Assembly: GCA_964016885.1 (NCBI GenBank) | Contig: OZ024740.1 | Span: forward strand, 37,696,001-37,760,000 | Origin: Eledone cirrhosa | Taxonomy: Eukaryota | Direction of reading: 5' to 3' | DNA: 64,000 nt | Shown here: positions 27,374 through 38,623 of the stretch, in pieces | How the letters are laid out: every line of letters starts with the position of its first letter | Numbering within the stretch: the stretch's first letter is position 1 | Made by a program: the position numbers and the translations under genes | Notes under the pieces: generated by a model | Told to the model about the DNA's origin: nothing | What the model saw: only the letters and a program-made list of their open reading frames with translations | Database searches by the model: none

Positions 27374-28330
27374 ACTAGACATGAAAAATGCGCAAGCTCA
27401 AAAGTGCCACAGAATGTTATAATAAACCTTCAAAAGTGTGGGACTAGAGTTGTTGCTAAAAAATATTGTAATCATTATATATCGTACATTCTGTGGCATC
27501 CTTTATAAAAATAGCTTAAACCAACGAAGCCTTTATTTTTACGCTATTTCACTTAGTTAATTCTTAGAGTGTAACATATAAAAATATGATTTACAACTAT
27601 AAAATAAATTAATTAATATAATAACAGAGCTGCGGAGCTGAAATTTAGGAAATAATGGAGTATCGGATCCTGAGTTGGAGCCAGTCAATTTTTGGCCGAC
27701 TCCGCAGCCCTGTATAATACATTTCATATTAAAGTTATTAATAAACCTATTTTACACTGCATGCAAATTACCATGAGATATTGATATTAGATATAAGATA
27801 CAGCGCAATATCTACAGCTGTAAAAGTACGAAAGCGAAGTAATAATAAGTGGCTTAAGGTAATTCCAATATGAAAGTTTGTAGTGATAAAAATTTGATAA
27901 TGCAATACGATTGTTAATATTATAGTTCTATGAAAATGTAACAATAGATAACTAAATTATTTTACTATTAGTATATTTAAGAAATTATCATTATAGATTT
28001 GATCGTTCATATAAGCATCATATTAATTTTCAACACAATTATTTTGTTACTATGAGTATATGATAATAATATTACGTAATTATTTATAGCTGTTATTACA
28101 TTAAACATAGATGTATTTATTTTTATATGTTACACTCTAAGAATTAACTAAGTGAAATAGCGTAAAAATAAAGGCTTCGTTGGTTTAAGCTATTTTTATA
28201 AAGGATGCCACAGAATGTACGATATATAATGATTACAATATTTTTTAGCAACAACTCTAGTCCCACACTTTTGAAGGTTTATTATAACATTCTGTGGCAC
28301 TTTTGAGCTTGCGCATTTTTCATGTCTAGT
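27374..28330. repeat. 213-bp apparently perfect inverted repeat (27374-27586 / 28118-28330), 531-bp spacer
   Basis: Read base by base, the arms are reverse complements with no mismatch seen. Confidence 0.93.
27625..27712. mobile_element. Tiny hAT-like MITE remnant inside the inverted-repeat spacer
   Basis: Ends CAGAGCTGCGGAG and CTCCGCAGCCCTG are imperfect terminal inverted repeats. Confidence 0.5.
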
Positions 28331-29544
28331 TTAATATTTTTTTAAGGCAACGCTTGTAATAACTCTAGTTAAACAGGATATATATTAATAATAAATTATC
28401 GTTGTAATGTAATTAGATTATGTAATTGTTATTATAAATTATCTTATAAATATTAGTGTAAGATGTATAAAAATATTTTCAGACTTTTAATATAAACAAC
28501 TACAAAAAACAATCAATATTAAATCAATATATTATACATAATAGAAAACATAAAATAAACAATACAAAAACAAAATATTTACATACAATTGCAATTATCA
28601 GTGTATATACATTTTCTTTATATTCCCTGAGCAAATTAATAAGATTTGTTTTTATTGTACATAATTTGATGACTTGTTGGAGTGTATTAAAAGATAGCAA
28701 CAATTTGTGATTAAATTGTTATCTTAAGCAACTCACTTTTTAATAGTTGTTGGCTGAGCGAAATTGTAAAAGCCTATGAGCAAATATAAAAAAAAATACA
28801 CAAACAACATTTCCTTGTGTTATTACAACATTAGATAAAATAATTGAGCAATGTCGTTATATTTTGCTCTTATTGCACATTAATAGTGTTTCTATTTTTC
28901 GGCACAAATCCATTACGGCAGTCCATTACTGGTACTTTATTTTATCGAATTAGTAAGTATGAAAGTCGAAGTTAACTTCGGCAGGATTTGAACTTAGAAT
29001 GCAAAGGACCATAACAATACTGCAAAGCATGGTGTCTGACGCTCTACCAATATTTGTGTTGAGCTGGTCATTAATTTATGGTGGTCGTGCGTGGAGTAGA
29101 GCAATCGCTAGTTGAAATATTATGAACAAAACATTTTTATTTGCCGAAGAACATATTTTCAATACTGTTTGTGAATGTGACGAAGGAAATACATTCTGAT
29201 ATGGAACAGTGTACAAAGTGTGTCTGTGAATAACATAATGTTACCTCATGTTGTTGTCAAGACATAATGGATTTCGTATATCCAGTTAGAAGATGAAACC
29301 TAGCCATCTCGGATTAGTTATATTTCATGCCATGTGTAAACGTGTTTGAGGATAGCAAAATATGCGTGTTTCTTGTCTGGAAACTTTCTGCTAAACTGAT
29401 TGGTTTCGTTTTTGGCACTATACAATACTCATCCAACAGATAGCTGTATTGGATCCTTGATTGGTTAATATTTAGGTGAGGGTGCTTGATGCAGAGTTAG
29501 TGCAAAATGGATCAATGAGTGTAATAATAATAATGATAATAATA

Positions 29545-30175
29545 ATGAAAATATTGTGTACAATGCTGAGGTGCACTACAACTCATCAAAAGTGCATATA
29601 TAATACATAGGGTAATATAAAAACGTCAGGAAAAAAGAACAGTGCATGAGTCATGATATACACATATGTGCATGTGTATGGAAGGGGGACATCAGGTGTA
29701 GTTTTGGTGTATTTCGGAATGTATGATGGTTTTAAAGGATGCAGTGTGTCATCAGCTAACAACTGATGCAGGAAGTTTGTTCCATCCTTCAGCAACTCTG
29801 AGCATGAAGAAATATTTCCTAAAGTCATGGGAGCTGTGTTGTTTTCTGACTTTGTAGGCATGTCCACGTGTTAGACACATGGAGATCAAAAAGGTGTTCG
29901 GGGTTGTTGTTGGTCGGATGGTTAATAACTTTGTGGGTGTTTACCAAGTCCATTGCCAGAGGGAAGCAAAATATTCAGGGTATGGTAGGTGTCTGATGGA
30001 GGGTATGCGCTTGGTTGCATGTCTCTGAACAGTTTCCAGGAGGTCAATGTTCTGAGCAAGATAGGGGTTCCAGACTGATGACGCGAACTCCAAGTGTATA
30101 CGTACCATAGATGTATACAGCTTTAAATAGATGGCTGGAGAGCAGCTAATGAAGGTCTTGCTGATTGATGCCAAG
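29545..30175 (-). mobile_element. CR1-type LINE 3' fragment
   Basis: LYTSMVRIHLEFASSVWNPYL..LLETVQRHATKRIP. Confidence 0.8.
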
Positions 30176-30877
30176 TCAATCTTAATAAATTGACTGATTT
30201 ATCTGTTCACTACTGCTAATCCACCGCTGTTTGTACAATTTTTTAGATAATGTCAATTTGAGCTTGAATCATTGGCGTAATGAAATTTGAAAAGATTATA
30301 AGCAAATCTTTTTTAAAATGCACAGACAACATTCAACTGTATCGTTGCAACATTAGATCTAATAATGGAGCAACATTTGTGCAGAATTATTGTTTGTGCA
30401 ATAAGATATTTGCAGATCTGTACTTGGTCTGCTCTTTAGCCAACTCGGTACGTTTAGAAGCTCTACGCTCGGCTTGCTTTTGAGATATAATAGCTGAATT
30501 TGCAGATCTATACTTGGCCTGCTTGTTTGCCAACTCATACCGTTTTGAACATCTATACTTGGCCTGTTTTTGTGTTAATTTAGCAAAATTCACAGCTCTA
30601 TAATCGGCCTGTTTTTGTCTCAACTTCTCCCGATTCCGCATCCGGTAAGCTGCTTTCACATCCAATTTAATACGCCCATCTAGATTATTAGCACAGGAAT
30701 GTGAACAAGCTTGTGGGACCGCATCATTGTAAGTATATGAACTGCCTGCAACATCAAGACCCAATTCACAAGTGCAGCGTTGCTCATTCACATCGGCAGT
30801 GGGGACACCAAAACCAGTGACAGGTCTCGATTCACTCGCGAGATACATCACAGCTACACTATATATTTAAACATATA

Positions 30878-30940
30878 TACAGTGATACCTCGCTACTTGG
30901 CGGTTCAACTATCGCGGATTCACGATTTCGCGCATTTTTA
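30878..30940 (+). mobile_element. Tc1/mariner-pogo (Tigger-like) terminal fragment
   Basis: TA followed by CAGTGATACCTCGCTACTTGGCGGTTC..ATCGCGGATTC resembles pogo-family TIRs; no partner end found. Confidence 0.45.
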
Positions 30941-31129
30941 GAATATATATATGAACACCTAAAATTTTTCATTAAATCCATTAAAATATTAATAATAAAC
31001 AGTTTTAATCATACGCTATATATATATATATATATAAATATAAGTAATTAATACCGTATAAATGGTACAAAGACTGTTTATGTAAAATGTATTTCTCAAC
31101 AGAGTATTGAATACTTAGGAGAAATTCAA

Positions 31130-31341
31130 AACGAAGAGTGATAAAATTTCAAGCAAAGAGTTTAATTAGGTAATGACTTACAAATTTGTTTCAGTATATA
31201 GACAAAGCCTGAAGCGCTAATTATAATAATTAGTTAATAATATTACAAAATATATTAATATTATATTAAATATATACTGAAACAAATTTGTAAGTCATTA
31301 CCTAATTAAACTCTTTGCTTGAAATGTTATCATTCTTCGTT
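31130..31341. repeat. ~70-bp inverted repeat (31130-31200 / 31272-31341) followed by (GA)n
   Basis: AAGCAAAGAGTTTAATTAGGTAATGACTTACAAATTTGTTTCAGTATAT and its reverse complement. Confidence 0.9.
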
Positions 31342-34124
31342 GAGAGAGAGAGAGAGGGAGAGAGAGGGAGAGAGAGAGAGAGAGAGAGATTTATCTAGTC
31401 CTTCGCTCAAGATTAATCTATAAGTTTAGATGTCTGCCTTCGTTTAAGTAAATATTACAGTAAGATTTTTAATATAAACAACTACAAAAAACAATTAATA
31501 TTAAAACGAAAAAATTATCAATGATAAAAGAAGCGGATGCAACTTTTTTTTTTATAAAGTTATATTCCTGTTTCTTTAAAGAACATTTCATTTTTGTTCT
31601 ATTGTAGGCGAAATAATGCAATGGTTTAATAGGGAAGATATAACTTACCAATTATGTCTCTAACCGTGTAACGCTTTTTAAGTAGATAACTACAATTGAA
31701 AATACTAAAGAAATGGAACCAACAATTCAATTTGAAAGTCGTCTACTTATAGTGACAGTGTATTACTGGTACTTTATTTTATCGACCCCGTAACGATGAA
31801 AGGCAAAAATACAAATGCTTAAAATTTAAATTGCCTTAATTCTATCGTCTGCTGTTTCATTAAAGGGAGATTCTCGTCTGTATTTAATTCTATCGTCTAC
31901 TGTTCCACTAAACAGATATACCTCCACTATCGTCTCTATTTATACATTTTAACTTATAACTTATACACATTTGATTTGAAATATTTTATCTAGTCCCCCC
32001 TCTCAATATTATGATGATTTCTTTCGAATGAAACAGTTCTAGTCCTGTAGAAGCCATTTATATATATAATTGAACTGAGTTAAAAATTCACAATATTTAT
32101 AATTAAATAAGCTCATATATATATGTGTGTATTTATCTGTTTATTGTATTATATATAATGTGTGTATATACAGGATGTCCCCCAAAAATATATACACACT
32201 TCAACAGCATTCTAATAACTATTGCCTGTACAGGTAATCAAAGTGTCAATCGAATGTTAGTTTCGTGTTTTAACAGTACAAATTTACAATACACACATAA
32301 AACCAGTGTATATACATACATGAGTGTGTATACACATACATGAATGTGTATATACAATATATATGTATATATATATAGACACATATATTCACGGTGCAAC
32401 TGAACATTAAAATATAGATGCGGGAGGGGGGTGTATATATAGGGGCGCTGGGGATAAAGGAGTGTAAAGCGTGTGTAATTGATATATTGAAGGAGAGGAG
32501 CGTGCAGCGATAGAGTAACAAATATATAGAGAGGGGGAGAGATGGTATTGAAGGGGAGGAGTGCAAAGCGAAAGAGTAAGAGAGATATATATAGAGACGG
32601 AACAGATAGAGAGAAACAGGCGTAAGTAACAGTGGAAGAGATATATAGAGAGGGGGAAATGTGTTATTGAAGGGGAGGAGTGTAAAGCGAAAGCGTAAGA
32701 TATATATAGAGAGAGGGGGAATAGTATATATATATATATATCAACACTTACTCTGATTGGTTGAAAATTAGCCAATGACATACGATCACCACCACCACGG
32801 CTATCCCCAGAAAATTTATGAAGAAGCTAGGCATATATGTTAGAACACGAAAAGTGAACATTCTGTTGTTTCACACTTTTCGTGTTCTAACAGATAAGAG
32901 ATTGGATATGCGACATACCACTACGGTTTTGATTATTCAATTCCAATAGTGTCAGTGATTTATTTCACCAACCCTCAACGTTTTTATACCACAAATAATA
33001 CGATAAACTTAGAGAAGAAGAGGACGTAGATCAAGGTAGAAATATAGAAAGGGAGTTGAGATGGAAGATGCGAAGAAAAAGAAGGGAAATAAACAAATAA
33101 ATGAAGAAAAGAAGAAAAAGAGAAGATGCAGAGAGAGAAGAAGGGGAATAAAAACAGAAGGGAAGATGCGGGGAGAAAAAGAAAAACGAAGAGGAAAAGG
33201 ATAAAATAGAGGGGAGAATAAAAAACCGTTGTATTCAAATGCTAGACAAAATTAAAAATTTTTTCCTAATATTTATCAGTGAATAGCGCTTGTATTAGAT
33301 TACGCTTTGGTTAATTATAAGTTTATGTTATATCCAGATTATTAGGCATAGATTACTTTCTATAGCAATCAAATATTTAAGTTAATTAAAATTTATATGC
33401 TTAAATTAATTTAATTTAATTTAGCTCATTCTAGATTATTACAATTTTTTTAATTATAAGGTAAGATATTCTATTAATATTATACTACAACTTTAAAACA
33501 ATTTATATTTAATGCCTAATTAAATAACTATTAAATATGTATTAATATTAAAATGCATATATCCCCATCAATATATATAATATATTTTGTTCATTTATTA
33601 TCTAAATTAATTTAAAATTTAAAATTCACTTTTTTAGAAACTTCGTTATTTTTTAAAATCTAACTGTGGTTATATTTACTCTCCATAAATTTTATTTCAT
33701 TTAATGAATGGTTATATTTACTTCTATATTTAATTATTCTGATATATATAGTTTACTTTTAATGATAGTCTATGTATTATTAAACTATTAATTATTATTT
33801 ATTAATTCATATTTTATATTTTATATGTTTTTTCAAGCTAATCAAAAAAATATTCGGACAATGTAAACAAAAGGAAGATAACTCATTTACAATGCAAAAG
33901 CATTTTTTAACTTAGAGGGAATCACTTCTCTCACGTCCAACGATATTTTAAGAACCTTAAACTATCTATTGTATATATCTTAATTGATGTCTAATTAAAT
34001 ATTGAACCATCGTAATCAAATCATAGGATAAAAAAACTCTCAATGAGGTTATTCTATTACATATAAATATCTATAAATGATTACTTCAATTAGGCAAAAT
34101 TTACATATATTTAAGTTGTTATTT

Positions 34125-34257
34125 CATCATCATCGTTTAACGTCCGTGTTCCACGCTTGCATGGGTTTGGACGGGGGTTTTCCCACTTGAGGCAAGAGTG
34201 ATTGTCTTGCTCGCATAGGACTGTCTGGCGGGTTTTCTACAGCTGGGTGCCCTTCCT
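34125..34257 (-). mobile_element. RTE LINE extreme 3' end
   Basis: Reverse complement of ~59805-59940 with an (ATC)n tail. Confidence 0.85.
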
Positions 34258-34699
34258 TATTTGTCCTTATATTTTTGGAACTGGTACATTGCCTGGAAAG
34301 TTTTACCAATTTTATGATGACAACTACTAAATAATTCATTTATTTTTTTTTGTTGATTAAATAGTCATAGTTTGTGATTATGTGAAGAATCTCTTCATTG
34401 CAAAGATGGCAAAATTCTGAGATTGCTGAGTTCAGGTAAGGGGTAGCATTTCGTAATTTCCTCCAAGAGAGGAGTGTTTAATGTTATTGTCCTTTAAAGA
34501 CCATACTAATTGTTAAAGTGAAGTTGAAAATTTTTTTTTTATCCGGTTTATTAAAAGTATGTCTGTGATTATACCAACGTTCCTTAAATTTAGATAAAGA
34601 GGCACCTATGTAATTATACATATTATCATTATATATATTATCATTTGCCTACACATATATATATATACACACATATATATATATATATACATATATATA

Positions 34700-36241
34700 T
34701 TGGAAAGCATGGCGGGATGGGGGAAGTAGAGAAGACTATCAAGTGGCCAGGAGGGAAGCTAGGAGACAAGTGTACTTCGCAAGAAGGGAAGCAGAGGAAA
34801 GAAAGTTCAAGCATGTTCTACAATGCGAGGACCAAAAACGCGAGGTGTTCAGGATTGCTAGGCAATGTGTCAAGGAAAACCGTGATATTGTCAGGGAGAA
34901 CTTCTATATGCAGATGATCTAACTCTCATAGCTGAATCTATGGCAGAACTAGAGAAGAAATTCCAAACCTGGAAGCATGGCCTAGAATCAAAAGGCCTTA
35001 AAGTTAACTTGTCTAAGACTCAAGTTCAAGTATGTAGAAAGGAAAATAGAGCACAGGTTCCCTCTGGGAAATGGTCTTGCTCAGTGTGTAGGAAAGGAGT
35101 AGGTAGAAATTCCATTCTATATCCCAAATGCAAGCTACATAAAAGATGTAGTGGGATCACAGATAAGCTATCAAAGAATGTAGGTTTTATATGTGGCTGA
35201 TGATCAGGTGCAGTAAGTAGCAAGTGCCCACAGAATACAAGCTCCTTCAACTGCCCAGATGGTTCTATAGAAATAGTAGACACCTTCCGTTACCTGGGTG
35301 ACAAAATCAGCAGTGGAGGAGGGTGCTCTGAAAGTATAGTAGCCAGAGTCAGAATGGGATGGAAAAACTTCAGAGCTTATACCGCTGTTGGCCACAAAAG
35401 GTTTCTCTCTAAAAATGAAAGGCAGATTGTATGATGCGTGCATACGAACAGCAATTTTACATGGTAGTGGGACCTGGGCATTGTGTGCAGAGAATCTGTG
35501 CAGATTGGAAACAAATGAAGCCTGGATGGTCTGATGGATGTGTAATAGTAATATACACGAACGGCAAAACGTAAATGAACTTGAGAGAGAAATTAGGAAT
35601 AAGAGGGATCAGATGCAGTATACTAGAGAGGAGATTGATTGGTCATGTGATGCATATGAAGGATGACAGCTGTATAAAAAAGTGTAGGGCTATGAAAATT
35701 GCTGGAAGCTACGGAATGGGTAGACCCAGAAAGTCCTGGGACAAGGGGATAAAAGCTGACCTTGCACACTTGCACCTTTCTAAGACAATGACACAGGATC
35801 GAGATCTTTGGCGCTATGCAGTAATACAGAAGACCCACCATCCCTTACGCACGGACTTAAACTTACACTCAGTAGGGACCTCTTAATCCCATATACACCC
35901 CCACACCCCTCCCACTTCTGTCTACACCACCCTTACTCTATAAAGTTATGTTGGTACCACAAAACATCCAGCCCTAACTGCAAAGTGGTTGTGTAGGTGT
36001 CACGACAAAAAGCACCCGGCCCACATTGTAAAATGGTTGTGTAGGAGACACAACAAAAAGCACCCAGCATATACTGTAAATGTGGTTGGCATTAGGAAGA
36101 GCATCTAGCCGTAGAAAACCAGCCAGAAACAGTCTTATATGCGCAAGAACCAGTTATCCGACCCAACTTGCATCAAATGGGACAAACCCGTCCAACCCAT
36201 GCTAGCGTGGAAAGTAGACATTAAATGATGATGATGATGAT
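34700..36241 (+). mobile_element. Internally deleted, decayed copy of the PHD-RTE LINE
   Basis: 34700-34897 matches ~57546-57743, then jumps to ~58590 (LLYADDL). It keeps a damaged PHD, the C-terminus, 3'UTR and (GAT)n tail. Confidence 0.92.
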
Positions 36242-36318
36242 TAGGTAAGTTTGCAACCAAGGTTGCACCAGACAACCATACATAAACACAGACACATTTT
36301 TCTGTTTTCTAATCAGTT

Positions 36319-36324
36319 TTTATT
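36319..36324 (-). promoter_or_regulatory. Candidate NOM1 polyadenylation signal AATAAA
   Basis: TTTATT on the + strand is the first AATAAA downstream of the NOM1 stop, exactly at the end of the 68-bp array. Confidence 0.55.
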
Positions 36325-36905
36325 GTTGTATAATCCCACACAACTCTACTCCAGCAGATCTGTTATTTACAAAGTAGAGAAATGGATTGGTTGTTGTATA
36401 ATCCCACACAACTCTACTCCAGCAGATCTGTTATTTACAAAGTAGAGAAATGGATTGATTGTTGTATAATCCCACACAACTCTACTCCAGCAGATCTGTT
36501 ATTTACAAAGTAGAGAAATGGATTGATTGTTGTATAATCCCACACAACTCTACTCCAGCAGATCTGTTATTTACAAAGTAGAGAAATGGATTGATTGTTG
36601 TATAATCCCACACAACTCTACTCCAGCAGATCTGTTATTTACAAAGTAGAGAAATGGATTGATTGTTGTATAATCCCACACAACTCTACTCCAGCAGATC
36701 TGTTATTTACAAAGTAGAGAAATGGATTGATTGTTGTATAATCCCACACAACTCTACTCCAGCAGATCTGTTATTTACAAAGTAGAGAAATGGATTGATT
36801 GTTGTATAATCCCACACAACTCTACTCCAGCAGATCTGTTATTTACAAAGTAGAGAAATGGATTGATTGTTGTATAATCCCACACAACTCTACTCCAGTA
36901 GATTT
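36322..36905. repeat. 68-bp minisatellite (~8.5 near-identical copies) in the NOM1 3'UTR
   Basis: Unit GTTGTATAATCCCACACAACTCTACTCCAGCAGATCTGTTATTTACAAAGTAGAGAAATGGATTGATT starts at 36325, 36393, 36461 and onward. Confidence 0.97.
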
Positions 36906-36912
36906 ACATTAT

Positions 36913-37188
36913 TTATAATAAAGTAGAGGAATGGGATACTGAAAGTATTTGTACAGCTTCTTCTAATTGCTTTATAACACTTATAGATTTCACTTTCTTC
37001 TTACGACCAATTAAGAAATGCATTATGAACAAGCGCAGTCCTTCCCTAAACTTATATAGATTAGTTTGTATTGAAACACGTTCAAAAACCATTTTTACAA
37101 CATGGCTTTGGTTATTTTCAAATAAGTCCAACAAAACAGCTTTCAAGAAAAAAACAGTTTGTTTGTCCAATGTACCAAATTCCAAAAC
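36913..37188 (-). CDS. NOM1: NOM1 last coding exon (VLEFGTLDK...REGLRLFIMHFL...SSTLL*)
   Basis: TTGTAG acceptor, phase 0; resembles the vertebrate NOM1 C-terminus as recalled (VVEFSELDK...REGLKLFISHFL); TAA stop. Confidence 0.93.
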   Translation of the reverse strand, partial: VLEFGTLDKQTVFFLKAVLLDLFENNQSHVVKMVFERVSIQTNLYKFREGLRLFIMHFLIGRKKKVKSISVIKQLEEAVQILSVSHSSTLL

Positions 37189-37944
37189 CTACAATTTAAA
37201 AAGAGAGACATGCTTCAATTCAAAACTCAAATAAAATCATTTAAACATTTGTATGTGATAGCATTAAAATCTATATTTTTATATTAATTTGTCATGATTT
37301 TACCTTCAACAATCAAAGTAAATCAATAAAATAATCAATGAATCAGTGATCTGATCAGTATTTCTATTCATCATAGATTTATTAGTCTGAGGTCTCAGGA
37401 AAATGAAAGGGTGTGATCATAAACTGGCAGAGATACAATGGATGTAAAGACCCACTTCAGTCATGAATGACCATGGGATTTGCACCCCAAAATTTTCTCC
37501 CCAAGGCACAAGTCCAGGCAAGGTTGTTTGTGGAAGACCAGCAGTCACCCATGTATACCAGTCTCCCCTCTCCACTCCACCAATATTATCCAAGGGAAAA
37601 GCAAATGCCGATACAGCTTGGCGTTGGTGACATTGCAACTCATTTCTACAACTGAGTGAAATAAAGTGTCTTGCTGAAGAACACAACACAAAGCCAGAGG
37701 TGAAATTATTGTAAATGTGGAGACATGGGGAGACTGAGAGAGTGATTGATTGGAAACTGCTATAGATAGAAATTAATGATTTGAGTTCAAATCCCGCCAA
37801 GGTTAACTTTGCCTTTCATCCTTACGGGGTCGATAAAATAAAGTACCAGTAATGTACTGGGTAATTGCTGGCCTTGTACCAAAAGTAGAAACAATTATAT
37901 ATAAACAGAAATATCAATTTCGTTATTAGCTAGCCATAACTTAC

Positions 37945-38076
37945 CTTAAATAAAGCCAGAGACTGAGCCTTGCTTACGATCAAGTGAGATACCAATTTGG
38001 CTAAATTTGACATCATTGCTTCTTTTAAACTGGACATATCCTTCAATTTATCCCACAAATTAAACTGAAATGTCAT
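37945..38076 (-). CDS. NOM1: NOM1 exon (MTFQFNLWDKLKDM...SLALFK), end of MA3/MI domain
   Basis: 132 bp, AG/GTAAG borders, phase 0/0; resembles MTFQFSIWDKFRDL..SLSILK. Confidence 0.95.
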
Positions 38077-38157
38077 CTGCATAAATAATAAAAATCAATT
38101 ATAATGTTATAGAATACATTCAATTTAAAATGTTATATTACATATAATATAGAACAG

Positions 38158-38440
38158 TGAAGGCATGTGGCTTAGTGGTTAGGGTGTTGGGCTTATGATC
38201 TAAAGGTTGAGTTCAATTCTTTGACTAGGTGCTGTGTTGTGTCCTTCAGCAAGACACCATATTTCATGTTGCTCAGTCCACTCAGCTAGAAAAAAAATGG
38301 ATTGTGATGACATTGGTGCTGTGGGGAGGGGAGACTTGCCTGCACGGGTGACTAGTGGTCTTCCATAAAACTCTCTACCCAGGCTTATGCACCTGAGAGG
38401 CAAACTCATGCTTGTAGTCAGTCATGTCAGGAGTCTTAAT
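38158..38440 (+). mobile_element. tRNA-derived SINE, second family
   Basis: A-box TGGCTTAGTGG, B-box-like GAGTTCAATTC, TGTGTCCTTCAGCAAGACAC..GTCCACTCAGCT core. Related pieces lie at ~21030-21200 (+) and ~37420-37695 (-). Confidence 0.7.
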
Positions 38441-38623
38441 ATAATATATCATTATCTCTATTTCAAACAAAATAATATTTCTTTATTTACTTTATATATG
38501 CCATCATGAAAACTAATGTTTACCATAAGCTGTTTTCACAATCTACTTAGATTAGATTAAGCACTGTAATTGTTAACTCTACACAAAAATTACACTATAA
38601 ATTATTCTATTTTAGTACTTTAA

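Noticed and set aside
29390-29520. Two ATTGG (reverse CCAAT) boxes suggesting a promoter
   Set aside because: No linked exon or transcript can be supported, and such short motifs are common.
32400-33240. GA-rich degenerate repeats with hydrophobic minus-strand ORFs
   Set aside because: Low-complexity sequence; the ORFs reflect base composition only.
33400-34445. Plus-strand AG|GTAAG donors (~33461, ~34436) and a faint LRR-like peptide near 33880
   Set aside because: No open, phase-consistent exon chain could be built.
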